Below, one piece after another: positions 18,419 through 28,130 of a stretch of DNA of 32,000 nt. The notes below the pieces were generated by a model, which made no database searches, was not told the DNA's origin, and saw only the letters and a list, made by a program, of their open reading frames with translations. The DNA is taken from contig JBHLKY010000028.1 in assembly GCA_048886185.1 (NCBI GenBank), positions 1-32,000 on the forward strand, in the 5' to 3' direction. The first letter of the stretch is position 1. Each line of letters starts with the position of its first letter. The position numbers and the translations under genes are program-made. This stretch comes from Candidatus Hermodarchaeota archaeon. Lineage in GTDB: Archaea; Asgardarchaeota; Heimdallarchaeia; Hodarchaeales; Hodarchaeaceae.

Positions 18419-19540
18419 TTATCCAAAAAGACTGCCTAAGTCAGCTATCATTTTAGATTGAGTTTGTTTACGTTGTTGCAGCTGTTCTTTAAGATAATCT
18501 ATACTATCAACAGTATTTGGATCCTGATTGTTAAGAATTGCAAGATACATGGAGATATAATCACCAAAATATGTAGCGGAGAACAATTGGCTCAATAAAT
18601 TTTTACCTCTACCTCGAATTTCAATTATTTCAGCTTTTTTCTCTATTAACTCTTTTGTTATTTCGAATCGTAAGGTAATATTTGGATGTTCTGTTGGGAA
18701 ACGAAAAGCAATGACAATAAATGGATTATTATCAGCCCAAGATTCCCAACCTACGATATGATTATGGTTAAATTCGGGTAATTCTTCCGCCATGGCTAAT
18801 ATTTTTGCATTCTCATTTAGTTGACACTTCATCCGATTAGCTATGCAGCCAAATGGAGACCAAATCACAGGAATGCGTTGATATAAACTTTGTGCAATTT
18901 GTTTCGCCTGATTTTCAGCAATTGGTTTCTCGAAATGAAATTCCTGTCTCATTTGACGGAATAATGAGATTGTTTCATCAATAGCAGGTTGATCATAAGG
19001 AATAATATTCATTGTTGTTAGGATCTTCAATAGAGGAAAAAATAATAGTGGAAATGATGCTCTTGGTTGAAAACCAGAGGGAATTGGAAAGAAAGGAAGG
19101 GTTTTTTTTCTCAAAAATTCCTCAAGAATTCCTCCTGATCCAATTCCTACTATTTTAGCAGACTTCTGAAGTGCAGCTATCAAACATGATATAGTTTCTT
19201 CTGTATTTCCTGAATATGAAATAAGAATAATCAATGTGTTTTTTGAGACAAAAGCAGGGAGATCATAACTTCGTTGGATAATGATTGGGATTGGTGATAT
19301 CTTTTCTAGGTAAGTTCGGAGATAATCTCCACTTACTGCAGATCCTCCCATTCCACAAATTACTATTTGAGAAACAGGTTCATTATATGAAATTGTATAT
19401 TGACTCACGGAAATTTGTGCTGGAACCTTGAATGATTGTTGGAGTAATTCTTCAACTAACTCCGCCCATTTATAAACTATCTGGAACATGCCTTGGGAAT
19501 CTAATTCAGAAATTTTGCCTAAATTATCTAGATGAATCAT
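18419..19540 (-). CDS. Bifunctional phosphoglucose/phosphomannose isomerase (SIS domain)
   Basis: ICGMGGSAVSGD, SYSGNTEET, GFQPRAS, KCQLNENAK, PEFNHN, GDYISMYLA. Confidence 0.93.
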   Translation of the reverse strand: MIHLDNLGKISELDSQGMFQIVYKWAELVEELLQQSFKVPAQISVSQYTISYNEPVSQIVICGMGGSAVSGDYLRTYLEKISPIPIIIQRSYDLPAFVSKNTLIILISYSGNTEETISCLIAALQKSAKIVGIGSGGILEEFLRKKTLPFFPIPSGFQPRASFPLLFFPLLKILTTMNIIPYDQPAIDETISLFRQMRQEFHFEKPIAENQAKQIAQSLYQRIPVIWSPFGCIANRMKCQLNENAKILAMAEELPEFNHNHIVGWESWADNNPFIVIAFRFPTEHPNITLRFEITKELIEKKAEIIEIRGRGKNLLSQLFSATYFGDYISMYLAILNNQDPNTVDSIDYLKEQLQQRKQTQSKMIADLGSLFG

Positions 19541-19781
19541 TATCAGATCACTACCTTATCATTATAAATTCTCTAATTTTTTGGTATAAGCACTTTGAAA
19601 CATTTCTTAAATAATAAATAAACATTCTACAATCCTTTTCACGATAATATCCTCATGTTAGCAAGCTATTTCTTCAATACTTTAAATGGTCTTTTCAGAA
19701 TTTGATGAAATCAATGTGACAACACACTCAAAGCAACGATCTCTCATGCTTAAAGAGTCAAATAACACTTAATTCTCTCAG

Positions 19782-20261
19782 ATGGCGATGAATATGGAAA
19801 CTATATTCCTTCAAATATTACAATTTCTAGGTGATATAGGATATTATGCCCGAACAGAGGCAGAGAAAGAAATATTACAAGGTCTAGTTGATAAAGGATA
19901 TGTACAGATCAAACATGGAACCAAGAGTATCTTTCAGATTACTTCTGATGGTGAGCGACATTTTAACCGTGAAATGAATCCCAATACAACAATTGGTGAT
20001 CAAGAATTTCTTGCCTGCCTTAAAAAAGCATACGAAGATCTTGCCAATCCAATGAAACCTCTCGTGAGAATACCAGACATCAGACGAAAATTAAGTGAGA
20101 AAAGGATTCCTGACAGCTTGTTTAATCAAAAGATGTTGTCTCTACACGATCAAGGAATTCTTACTTTACAGACAGCACTATCAAAGTCACACGCGGTCCA
20201 CGGTGGAATTGAATCAAACTCTGGAACAGGTGTGTTCTATTTTATGATGCTTGAGGCGTAA
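19782..20261 (+). CDS. Small protein with probable tandem winged-helix domains
   Basis: EILQGLVDKGYVQI..FQITSDG (wHTH wing) and VRIPDIRRKL..FNQKMLSLHDQGILTL..GI...YF. Ends 6 bp before the ATPase gene. Confidence 0.6.
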   Translation: MAMNMETIFLQILQFLGDIGYYARTEAEKEILQGLVDKGYVQIKHGTKSIFQITSDGERHFNREMNPNTTIGDQEFLACLKKAYEDLANPMKPLVRIPDIRRKLSEKRIPDSLFNQKMLSLHDQGILTLQTALSKSHAVHGGIESNSGTGVFYFMMLEA

Positions 20262-20267
20262 ATAACG

Positions 20268-21635
20268 ATGACTATTGCGACATCCTTGGTTGTAGAGAAT
20301 CCTTTTCATAATTTCACTGCACGCTCGGATATTCCAGAGCTTTTCAATCTAAATCGTCCGAATAAAGAAGCTCTGAAACAAGTAATCCGGTTTTTAGAAA
20401 TTGTGAGAAGAAAAAAACGTGAATCAGTTGTTCTCCCGATTATTGCTGAAGCTGGCTATGGAAAAACACATTTTTATTGGGTTTTACGGGAATCAATCAC
20501 AGATGCTTACGTGGTGTATATCCCAGTTCCTACTAATCCGAACCGTGTGTACTCACATTTTTACTTTGAAACAATCAAAGCTGGGGGCGCTCCTCTTCTA
20601 GAATACGTTGCAGATGCTTTAACCCAAAAATATCGAAAGGTAGAACATGCAGCCATTAATTTCCCAGGTATGGGGAACATTGTAATTAATGGATTTTTTG
20701 CATTAAAAGATCCCGCTCAATCTAAGCTGGCTCTTAAGTGGTTGACTGGGTTTGATATTGACGATGATACCGCTAACTTTAAACGAACGATCATGGATGA
20801 TGAAGAACTAGCATTAGCAGCATTAAAGGTTTTATTGAAGGTTATTGACAAACCTATCATTTTTTTCGTTGACGAACTTGAATCGCTGTTTATTTCGCTT
20901 GGTCCTGAGGCTGAACTGCAGTTTCTTGAAACCCTGAAAAAAATGCATAATGAAGCTTCTAATTTTGTCATATGCTTGGCTTGTCTTACCACTCTGTGGG
21001 ATACAATTCTTGATCTTTCAAGTACAGCAGTCCAGAGTCGTATTGAACCTCCTGTTGTCTTGAAACGCTTTTCAAAGAAAGATATCCAAGAATATTGTGC
21101 ACAAATGTTACAAAACTTCCACCAAAAGTTTGAAATCATTCTACCAGCTGAAGATGCTTTATGGCCCCTTAATAAAGCTGATATTGAATCATCCTATGCC
21201 TATTCTCATGGTAATCCAAGAGAAGCAATTAAATGGTTGGCAGGTTGTATTGAGGAACGAAAAAATCCTTTACTAAAAGACCTGGAGAAAAATCAAAATC
21301 ATTTAACAAAATTAAGTAAGCAAATTAAGACAATTATAAATAATATGAAACAATATAGCGTTGGTATCCTACAAAAGAATAATGGTGCGTTCATCTCATT
21401 TTCTGGATCCGAAAAGAGAGTACTGGTTGCCCTTCCTCCTCTAAATGGTATAGATAATGTTTTTCATCAGTCTTATTGGAGTAATCTTAACAAGAATATT
21501 ACTAGCGAGGATCACAATGAAATCATCTTCATTGGGAGTATTCCTGAAAATATATTGGACAAAAACTTAGAAATTAAGATTTTCCCTGAATCAGAACTAC
21601 AAAAACAATTTCAAGATTATTTAAAAGAAATCTAA
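20268..21635 (+). CDS. AAA+ P-loop ATPase (Cdc6/ORC- or BrxD-like clade, unassigned)
   Basis: N-terminal NPF, Walker A AEAGYGKTH, KWLTG, Walker B IFFVDELE, candidate Arg finger VQSRI, sensor-2-like GNPRE. Confidence 0.82.
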   Translation: MTIATSLVVENPFHNFTARSDIPELFNLNRPNKEALKQVIRFLEIVRRKKRESVVLPIIAEAGYGKTHFYWVLRESITDAYVVYIPVPTNPNRVYSHFYFETIKAGGAPLLEYVADALTQKYRKVEHAAINFPGMGNIVINGFFALKDPAQSKLALKWLTGFDIDDDTANFKRTIMDDEELALAALKVLLKVIDKPIIFFVDELESLFISLGPEAELQFLETLKKMHNEASNFVICLACLTTLWDTILDLSSTAVQSRIEPPVVLKRFSKKDIQEYCAQMLQNFHQKFEIILPAEDALWPLNKADIESSYAYSHGNPREAIKWLAGCIEERKNPLLKDLEKNQNHLTKLSKQIKTIINNMKQYSVGILQKNNGAFISFSGSEKRVLVALPPLNGIDNVFHQSYWSNLNKNITSEDHNEIIFIGSIPENILDKNLEIKIFPESELQKQFQDYLKEI

Positions 21636-21778
21636 TCTACAATGTAGACTTCCAATTTTATCTCTATCACTCCTTAACAGCCTTTTTATTATTAAAGTTT
21701 TTTGCCTAAAAACGATTTAATGGACTCTCTAAAATCGAGTCCTATAACTATTTCCTGTTTTAGAATGGAGAAATCTCA

Positions 21779-22882
21779 TTGAGTAAATCGTTTCAGGACC
21801 CACTCGTCATAAACAAACTAAAATCACAGATTCACAAACTAGCGGCCGAATTCGGTGATCAACAGATTAGAATTTGTCATGTTTGTGGCACACATGAGTA
21901 TACAATTTCTCATTGGGGTATTAGATCACTTTTGCCAACAAATATTGAAGTCATTGCAGGCCCAGGTTGTCCTGTATGTGTTTGTCCTAATGAGGATATC
22001 GAACAGAGTATTTGGCTCGCTAAGAAAGGCTATACTTTGACTACTTTTGGAGATATGGCACGAGTGCCTAGTAATCAGGGGTCTCTTCTCAAGGCACGTG
22101 CAGAAGGGGCTGATATTCGAGTTGTTTATAGTTTTCTTGATACTATTAAAATAGCAAAGAATAATCCTCATAATGATGTTGTCTTTTTTTCTATAGGTTT
22201 CGAAACTACGGCTCCAACTGTTGCCATTGAAATAATAAACAAGAGAATCCCTTCGAATCTTTTCATTTTAAGCTCTCATAGACTTGTTCCTCCCGCAATG
22301 AGAATTTTGCTTGAGCAACCAGATATCTCCCTGGATGGTTTTATTGCACCAGGACATGTTTCTGCAATAACTGGTTATGGTATTTATGAGTCTATTAGCA
22401 ATGAACATCAAATTCCAATTGTAGTAGCAGGTTTTGAACCTGCAGATGTTATGTTTGGTGTTCTTGCAATTCTTCAGCAGTTATCTCACTCCCGTTCAGC
22501 AACAGAAAACATCTATTCGCGTGTTGTCACACGAGAAGGAAATAAAACTGCATTAAAAGCAATGCAAGAAGCTTACTCTGTTATTGATGCAAAGTGGCGA
22601 GGGATAGGAATGATTCCATTATCAGGATTGGAAATTAAGGAAAAATTCTCAGAACTCAATATCCGGATGAGAGAAGAGATTCATGTTAGTGATGGAATGG
22701 ATATTCCTAAAGGCTGTAAATGTGCTGAGGTTATGTTAGGAAAGATATACCCAGAAAGCTGTCCATTATTCAATAAGAAATGTACTCCTGAAGATCCAAT
22801 TGGTCCCTGTATGGTGGGTAATGAGGGAACATGCTCCATTCACGCAAAATATGGAGGACACATTAAATTCCAAGAAGAATAA
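21779..22882 (+). CDS. hypD: [NiFe]-hydrogenase maturation protein HypD
   Basis: HVCGTHE, GPGCPVCVCP, TFGDMARVP, GFETT, PGHVS, GFEP and a C-terminal Cys cluster CKC..CPLF..CTP..GPCMV..EGTC. TTG start with GGAG upstream. Confidence 0.97.
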   Translation: MSKSFQDPLVINKLKSQIHKLAAEFGDQQIRICHVCGTHEYTISHWGIRSLLPTNIEVIAGPGCPVCVCPNEDIEQSIWLAKKGYTLTTFGDMARVPSNQGSLLKARAEGADIRVVYSFLDTIKIAKNNPHNDVVFFSIGFETTAPTVAIEIINKRIPSNLFILSSHRLVPPAMRILLEQPDISLDGFIAPGHVSAITGYGIYESISNEHQIPIVVAGFEPADVMFGVLAILQQLSHSRSATENIYSRVVTREGNKTALKAMQEAYSVIDAKWRGIGMIPLSGLEIKEKFSELNIRMREEIHVSDGMDIPKGCKCAEVMLGKIYPESCPLFNKKCTPEDPIGPCMVGNEGTCSIHAKYGGHIKFQEE

Positions 22883-22904
22883 ATGGAATTACAAACCATT
22901 CTAA

Positions 22905-24551
22905 TTAATCATGTAGATAGAATTTCATTAATTGTCCTTCGTAGGGGCGAAGGACTAAGTATTTCCCTGTTTTTATTGATAAATTTAGATCATAACTGGA
23001 AAAAATTACTAGACAAGTAGGATAGGGATTCATTATCCTTACAGCCTTCTTGTGAAAGTTCAGAAAAACCAGAATTCCCTCTTGATCCACCTTTCGTTTA
23101 TAAACAAGAACTTTTGTATTCTTTAGGGGATCAAGCTCTAAAATACCTTCCCTAAGCGATTCTTCAGACTTTCTAAGATGTATTATGCTTTTAAAAAATG
23201 ATAGCATTGATTTCTCATCATTTTCTTGCGCTAAAACGTTTATTGAAGATGAAGCTATTGATATAGGTAACCAAGGTTTAATGCTAGGATTAGAGGAAAA
23301 ACCAGCATTTTTACTTGATGGAGTCCACTGCATTGGAGTACGACATCCATCTCGCCCGAAAAATTTTCCAATGGGAATTCCCATTACTTTAAGGGAAGCG
23401 ATAGGATCTTTTAATGATTTTTTAGGAATCTTCACCTGCTGCATTCCTATTTCCTCCCCGTAATAAATGAAAGGAGTACCTCGTAATGTCAACAAAAGTA
23501 ATGACATCAATCTTGCTTTCTTTTCATTATTGCCATACCGTGAAATCATACGTTTTTCATCGTGATTTGAAAATACATAACAAGGCCAATAGGGCTCTTT
23601 TAATATTTTTTCCGTTTCCTGTATTGTTTCATTAAATTTACGTGATGAAAAACGCTGTTTCATGAATTTAAAATTAAAAACTAAGTTTAAACCATCATTA
23701 TTGTTACCATACAAAGGATAAATTATGGATGGGCCTCCCATCCATGCCTCACCTACAAGTATCCTGTTGGGTGTATACGAATCTATTACTTTTCTGATTC
23801 TCAAACACATTTCGATCGTTTCGGGAAGAAATGAGGTGTATTGTGGTTTCTGAAATAGATACGCTGTGGAATTATATGATGGAAGAAGTCGCCAACTATG
23901 TGGATTATTCCGAAAGTACTTATCTTCGAAAAGGACATGAATTATATCAAGACGAAAGCCATCTACTCCCTTATCTAACCAAAATTGCATGGAGTTTAAC
24001 ATTTCCTCCTGAACTTCAGGATTTCGCCAATTCAGATCAGGCTGACACGGCAGGAATTGATGTAAGTAGAATTGTTTTGTTTGATCATCCCATTCCCATG
24101 CTGATCCTCCAATGATAGATCTCCAATTATTCGGAGGTTTTTTACCATTTTTTCCTTTTCCTTCTATCCAGATATACCAATCGCGTTTGGGATTTGTTCT
24201 ACTAGCTCTGGACTCTAGAAACCACTGATGTTCATCTGATGTATGATTTAAAACCATATCTAAGATTATTTTAATGCCTAGGGAATGTACATTTTTTAGT
24301 AATTCCTCAAAATCCTGCATTGAGCCATATTCAGGATTTATTGACCGATAGTCTGAAATATCATATCCATAATCTTTTTGAGGTGACGGAAAAAAAGGTG
24401 AAAGCCAAATTGCGTCGATTCCAAGCTTCTGTAAATATTCTAGTTTATTAATTATTCCTTGGAGATCTCCGATCCCATTGTTGGTGCTATCAGCAAACGA
24501 TCGAGGATATATATGGTAAAAGACAGCCTTATGCCACCATTTCAATTCCAT
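22905..24551 (-). CDS. GH13 alpha-glucosidase / oligo-1,6-glucosidase family
   Basis: YHIYPRSFADS..GIGDLQGI, DMVLNHTS, QPDLNW, GFRLD (nucleophile), GEAW (acid/base), SNHD, GTPFIYYGEEIGM, RDGCRTPMQW. Confidence 0.95.
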   Translation of the reverse strand: MELKWWHKAVFYHIYPRSFADSTNNGIGDLQGIINKLEYLQKLGIDAIWLSPFFPSPQKDYGYDISDYRSINPEYGSMQDFEELLKNVHSLGIKIILDMVLNHTSDEHQWFLESRASRTNPKRDWYIWIEGKGKNGKKPPNNWRSIIGGSAWEWDDQTKQFYLHQFLPCQPDLNWRNPEVQEEMLNSMQFWLDKGVDGFRLDIIHVLFEDKYFRNNPHSWRLLPSYNSTAYLFQKPQYTSFLPETIEMCLRIRKVIDSYTPNRILVGEAWMGGPSIIYPLYGNNNDGLNLVFNFKFMKQRFSSRKFNETIQETEKILKEPYWPCYVFSNHDEKRMISRYGNNEKKARLMSLLLLTLRGTPFIYYGEEIGMQQVKIPKKSLKDPIASLKVMGIPIGKFFGRDGCRTPMQWTPSSKNAGFSSNPSIKPWLPISIASSSINVLAQENDEKSMLSFFKSIIHLRKSEESLREGILELDPLKNTKVLVYKRKVDQEGILVFLNFHKKAVRIMNPYPTCLVIFSSYDLNLSIKTGKYLVLRPYEGQLMKFYLHD

Positions 24552-24603
24552 TACGCTAACATCTCTACATAGTGATCCATAATTAAAATCGCAATAAAAT
24601 CCC

Positions 24604-25452
24604 TTATTTTCTGCTAAACTCGCTTAGATTCATTTTATTGGAAAACTGACGCACCTTTCGCATGATAAAAGGACGTTTAATTCTCACTTGAAGCTTATGA
24701 AGATTTTTTCCAGCAATTCCTAACATAAGCATATAGGAGGAAAAAACTTTATTCAAATCGAATATAGATCTCGGGCCTAGTTCCATTGTGACAATTCCTG
24801 AAAAGGATATTTCGTGTAAGAATTTTTTAACAGGATCTAGTGGTATATCTCCTTCCGTTAACAACGGAAAATGCATATCTTCCTCCCGTGTTCCTCCTGA
24901 GATGTGAATATACCCTGTGGAACTTCGAAGATAATTTAAACATGAATCAGGAAGATCTAAGTATTGATCACTGTTTGTTATCCATGAATGTGGAATATCA
25001 AAACACATCCCCAATTTACTGCCAACATTAGCCTGAGTAGTTTCAAGAAACTCTTGAAATTCTTCCCACGACTGGTAAGGCATGTTTTCGAGTAAGGGAA
25101 ATGGCAATTTTTCTAATCTGTCATAGAATTTTTCTAGAGAACCACCTGCATCAGTTGGAGGATGAACCACTACTCCTATTGTATTCAATTCTCGTCTGTA
25201 ATCAAGAACATTCTTAACAAATTGATCAGCAGAATACTCGGTTGTAGAGAGATCGATACCATAATCTTCGATATATGGTGCATGAATAACTGTTTGGGGA
25301 GCTTTCAATACGCGAGTAACATTTTCAATGTCATCAAAGACTGTTAGGTCAAATTCAATGTGCTGTAATCGAATAGTAGACGCAATTTCTACCCACATTG
25401 ATGGAAGAATGTCTCCAACCCGTTGAATTGATAATCCAGTTGTAAAAGTCAT
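24604..25452 (-). CDS. Sugar phosphate isomerase/epimerase, AP-endonuclease-2 family TIM barrel
   Basis: IHAP, VVHP, LENM, CFDIPH, IHIS, MHFP, TME: the family's metal-ligand pattern. AGGTGA RBS. Confidence 0.8.
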   Translation of the reverse strand: MTFTTGLSIQRVGDILPSMWVEIASTIRLQHIEFDLTVFDDIENVTRVLKAPQTVIHAPYIEDYGIDLSTTEYSADQFVKNVLDYRRELNTIGVVVHPPTDAGGSLEKFYDRLEKLPFPLLENMPYQSWEEFQEFLETTQANVGSKLGMCFDIPHSWITNSDQYLDLPDSCLNYLRSSTGYIHISGGTREEDMHFPLLTEGDIPLDPVKKFLHEISFSGIVTMELGPRSIFDLNKVFSSYMLMLGIAGKNLHKLQVRIKRPFIMRKVRQFSNKMNLSEFSRK

Positions 25453-25456
25453 ATCT

Positions 25457-25462
25457 TCACCT
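25457..25462 (-). promoter_or_regulatory. Shine-Dalgarno site AGGTGA
   Basis: AGGTGA on the minus strand, 4 nt before ATG 25452; matches the archaeal anti-SD. Confidence 0.6.
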
Positions 25463-25487
25463 AGTATTGTTTAGTTGCTTTCGACCA

Positions 25488-26801
25488 CTACATGAAACTA
25501 TGATCAGGAAAGTGAGGCTCCCAATCATCCTGAATTGTTCCACTGGCATACACCGTCATTTTTAAGTCTTCTAGAAGGTTCTTCTTAGCGTCTTGAATAT
25601 CTTCAGGAGTAATTTTCATTATTTCCTCTTGAAATTCTCTTAAAAAGAGTGGATGACGGAATTTAACGAATTTCTGGGAAAGATCAATACCATAATTAGT
25701 AGGATCTTCGATTTCGGAGAGATATGCTCCCCAGGTTTCTTCCTTCAATACAGAAGTAATTTCCGAGGTGATCTCAAGGTCATGAAGGTGAGCTAGTAGG
25801 TCTATGACCTTTTGAAAAACATTTTCTATTTCATTAGGGGGAGTGATGAAAAAAATACTACTTATAGAGACGTCATTGAGCGCCTCAAAGCTGTAACGAC
25901 AAACACTGGCTATTCCTTTACTGGTGATTTCACGATATAATAAAGAGGTTCGTGAATTCCCAATATAAGTGTTTAGCAACAATAAAGGTATAAAATTTGT
26001 CGATTGGACGCCTGGAGCTGTCCAAGTCAGAGTCACATAAGAAAGGGGTTTAGAAAAATCCTTTTTATGAAAAGAAATATCATTAAGAGTGTTTCTATGA
26101 GATATGTAGTTAATTTGGGGTGGATAAATGGGATTTATTTTTGGTTGAAGAATCGGATCGTTGAAAAGAGAAATTAAATACTGTTTTTCCACTTCAAGAT
26201 CGAAACCTCCCACAAGAGTAACAATTGCATTATCGAGTGAGTAATATCTAGAAACATAATCAATCATCATTTCATAAGTAATTGACCCAACAGAATCATG
26301 TGTTCCAAGAATATTGTGCTCTAGCGGTGTCCCTTTGAAGTGCTTTTTTCGGGCTTCATAGTTGGTATCGAATTCTGGCATATCTGCATATAGTTGAATC
26401 TCTTGCAATATAACCTGTTTTTCAGATTCAAATTCTTCTCTATTAATGACCTTATTAACTAATAAATCCTTCCAAATTTCAGCAGCTTGGTGTAAATTTC
26501 GTGTAGGTATCTTAGCATAATATAATGTATGGTCATATGTGGTATAGGCGTTTAAATCGGCACCTAATCGGGTGAATGCTTCATTGATCTGTTTTGAGGT
26601 TCTATTTGGAGTACCTTTAAAGAACATATGCTCTAAGAAGTGGCTAATGCCATCATTTGATCCAGGGCCAAATCCACTTTCGTACATACTTCCAGCGTGA
26701 AACCCCACTGCAAATAGAGTTGTTTTACCCCCTGGAATAGAAATTAATTGGATTTTCAGATTATTATCCATCGTAACTATTTCTGATTGTTCAACACTCA
26801 T
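25488..26801 (-). CDS. M16 (pitrilysin/MPP) zinc peptidase, catalytic subunit
   Basis: GISHFLEHMFFKGT (HxxEH), LNAYTTYDHTLYY, EKQVILQEI. GAGG RBS overlaps the upstream stop codon. Confidence 0.93.
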   Translation of the reverse strand: MSVEQSEIVTMDNNLKIQLISIPGGKTTLFAVGFHAGSMYESGFGPGSNDGISHFLEHMFFKGTPNRTSKQINEAFTRLGADLNAYTTYDHTLYYAKIPTRNLHQAAEIWKDLLVNKVINREEFESEKQVILQEIQLYADMPEFDTNYEARKKHFKGTPLEHNILGTHDSVGSITYEMMIDYVSRYYSLDNAIVTLVGGFDLEVEKQYLISLFNDPILQPKINPIYPPQINYISHRNTLNDISFHKKDFSKPLSYVTLTWTAPGVQSTNFIPLLLLNTYIGNSRTSLLYREITSKGIASVCRYSFEALNDVSISSIFFITPPNEIENVFQKVIDLLAHLHDLEITSEITSVLKEETWGAYLSEIEDPTNYGIDLSQKFVKFRHPLFLREFQEEIMKITPEDIQDAKKNLLEDLKMTVYASGTIQDDWEPHFPDHSFM

Positions 26802-26811
26802 TTAAAATTCC

Positions 26812-28065
26812 TCAATTCACGCTATAAGTATTACTTTGCCAATGCTGCCGAATTTTTACAGGATTAATATCACCTGCAACGGCTAAACTAAAATTATCTG
26901 CATTAAGAAGGGTGTTCTTCCACCAGGAATGGATATTTTCTTTTGTAACACCTTGAATCTCATCATAACCAGATTCGATGTCTGGAGAGAGACCATGAAC
27001 TTTTCTGTTAATGATTCTAGAAGCTGTTAAACGGGAATCATCAAACGCTAGATCAAGTTGTCCTAAAATAAAATCACGTGTGGTGTTATATTCTTCTTGT
27101 GATATTCTTTGTTTTCCCATATCAATGAGTATTTCTACTAATGAGTCAATTGCTTCTTCTACTCGTTCTGGAGAGGTTTCCATATAACATCGAATAATAA
27201 TTGTGTTTGCAAGGAGTTTTAAAGTCGCTCCAGTGATGTACCCAAAAGCTTTTTGATCACGTAAAACTGAAAACATTCTAGATCCAAAAGATTCTCCTAG
27301 AAGAGCACTTGAAAATCTAGCTACTCCAATTAAAGCTGGGTTAACTTCTGTTATAACATTAAGACATAGATAAACACTACCCTCTTCTTTAACTGGGGTA
27401 GCAATTATCTGATTGGGTGAAACATCCCTTGGAGGAAAAGAATAGGGATTTTGAACATTGCTTTTTAAGCTAGTGAAAAATCTAGAATATTTCTGATTGA
27501 TTTGTTCACCGAGAGAGTCTGAAATTGCTCCAACCGCAAATCCCCAAGGTGATACTAGCAATTTTTCATGAGCTGTCTGAAGATTGTCTCTCGTAAGCTG
27601 GTCTAAAGATTCTGGTGTTCCAATCTGAGAGCGACCTAAAGGATGGTTCTCTCCAAAGGCCGCTTTATCCGCGTCAAAGATCATCATTCTTCTTATAGGA
27701 TTTGAATTAACCTGATGGAAAATTTGGATCAGGTTTTGCTTTTCTATTAAAACATGATCTTTTTCTAGGGTTGGGTGTAATATCATTTCAAAAAGAAGAT
27801 CAAGGGTTCTTATAGCATATTTTGGTTGAATTTGGGCTCCAATCACAGAAAAATCTTTTTCAGTTGTTGAAAATAACGACCCACCTGTCCCATCAATTAA
27901 TCTAGCAATTTCAATCTCATTATGTTGTTCTGTGCCGCGTGCCATAGTTTGTAATAAAACTTGGGTAGTACCTGCTAAGGAATCATGAGCTGCACCATGG
28001 TTGGTTACTATTCCTAAGCATACATTGCGTAGGTTAGGATAAGAACGAATTACTTGTGGGAACAT
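26812..28065 (-). CDS. M16 peptidase homolog lacking the zinc motif (non-catalytic subunit)
   Basis: GTTQVLLQTMARGT in place of HxxEH; HPLGRSQIGT; LGESFGSRMFSVLRDQKAFGY (M16 C-terminal SRLF..LR motif). GGAG RBS. Confidence 0.85.
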   Translation of the reverse strand: MFPQVIRSYPNLRNVCLGIVTNHGAAHDSLAGTTQVLLQTMARGTEQHNEIEIARLIDGTGGSLFSTTEKDFSVIGAQIQPKYAIRTLDLLFEMILHPTLEKDHVLIEKQNLIQIFHQVNSNPIRRMMIFDADKAAFGENHPLGRSQIGTPESLDQLTRDNLQTAHEKLLVSPWGFAVGAISDSLGEQINQKYSRFFTSLKSNVQNPYSFPPRDVSPNQIIATPVKEEGSVYLCLNVITEVNPALIGVARFSSALLGESFGSRMFSVLRDQKAFGYITGATLKLLANTIIIRCYMETSPERVEEAIDSLVEILIDMGKQRISQEEYNTTRDFILGQLDLAFDDSRLTASRIINRKVHGLSPDIESGYDEIQGVTKENIHSWWKNTLLNADNFSLAVAGDINPVKIRQHWQSNTYSVN

Positions 28066-28130
28066 TGTATAAACTCCATAAAGGGGTAACTCAAGTTATA
28101 TTGAAATATAAAGCTAGTTTATAGTTATAA

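Noticed and set aside
12566-25347. Remaining short ORFs nested in or opposite long genes (12566, 18133, 19432, 20419, 20717, 21855, 21926, 23185, 23831, 24840, 25162)
   Set aside because: They overlap confidently identified genes in other frames or strands and show no independent coding signal.
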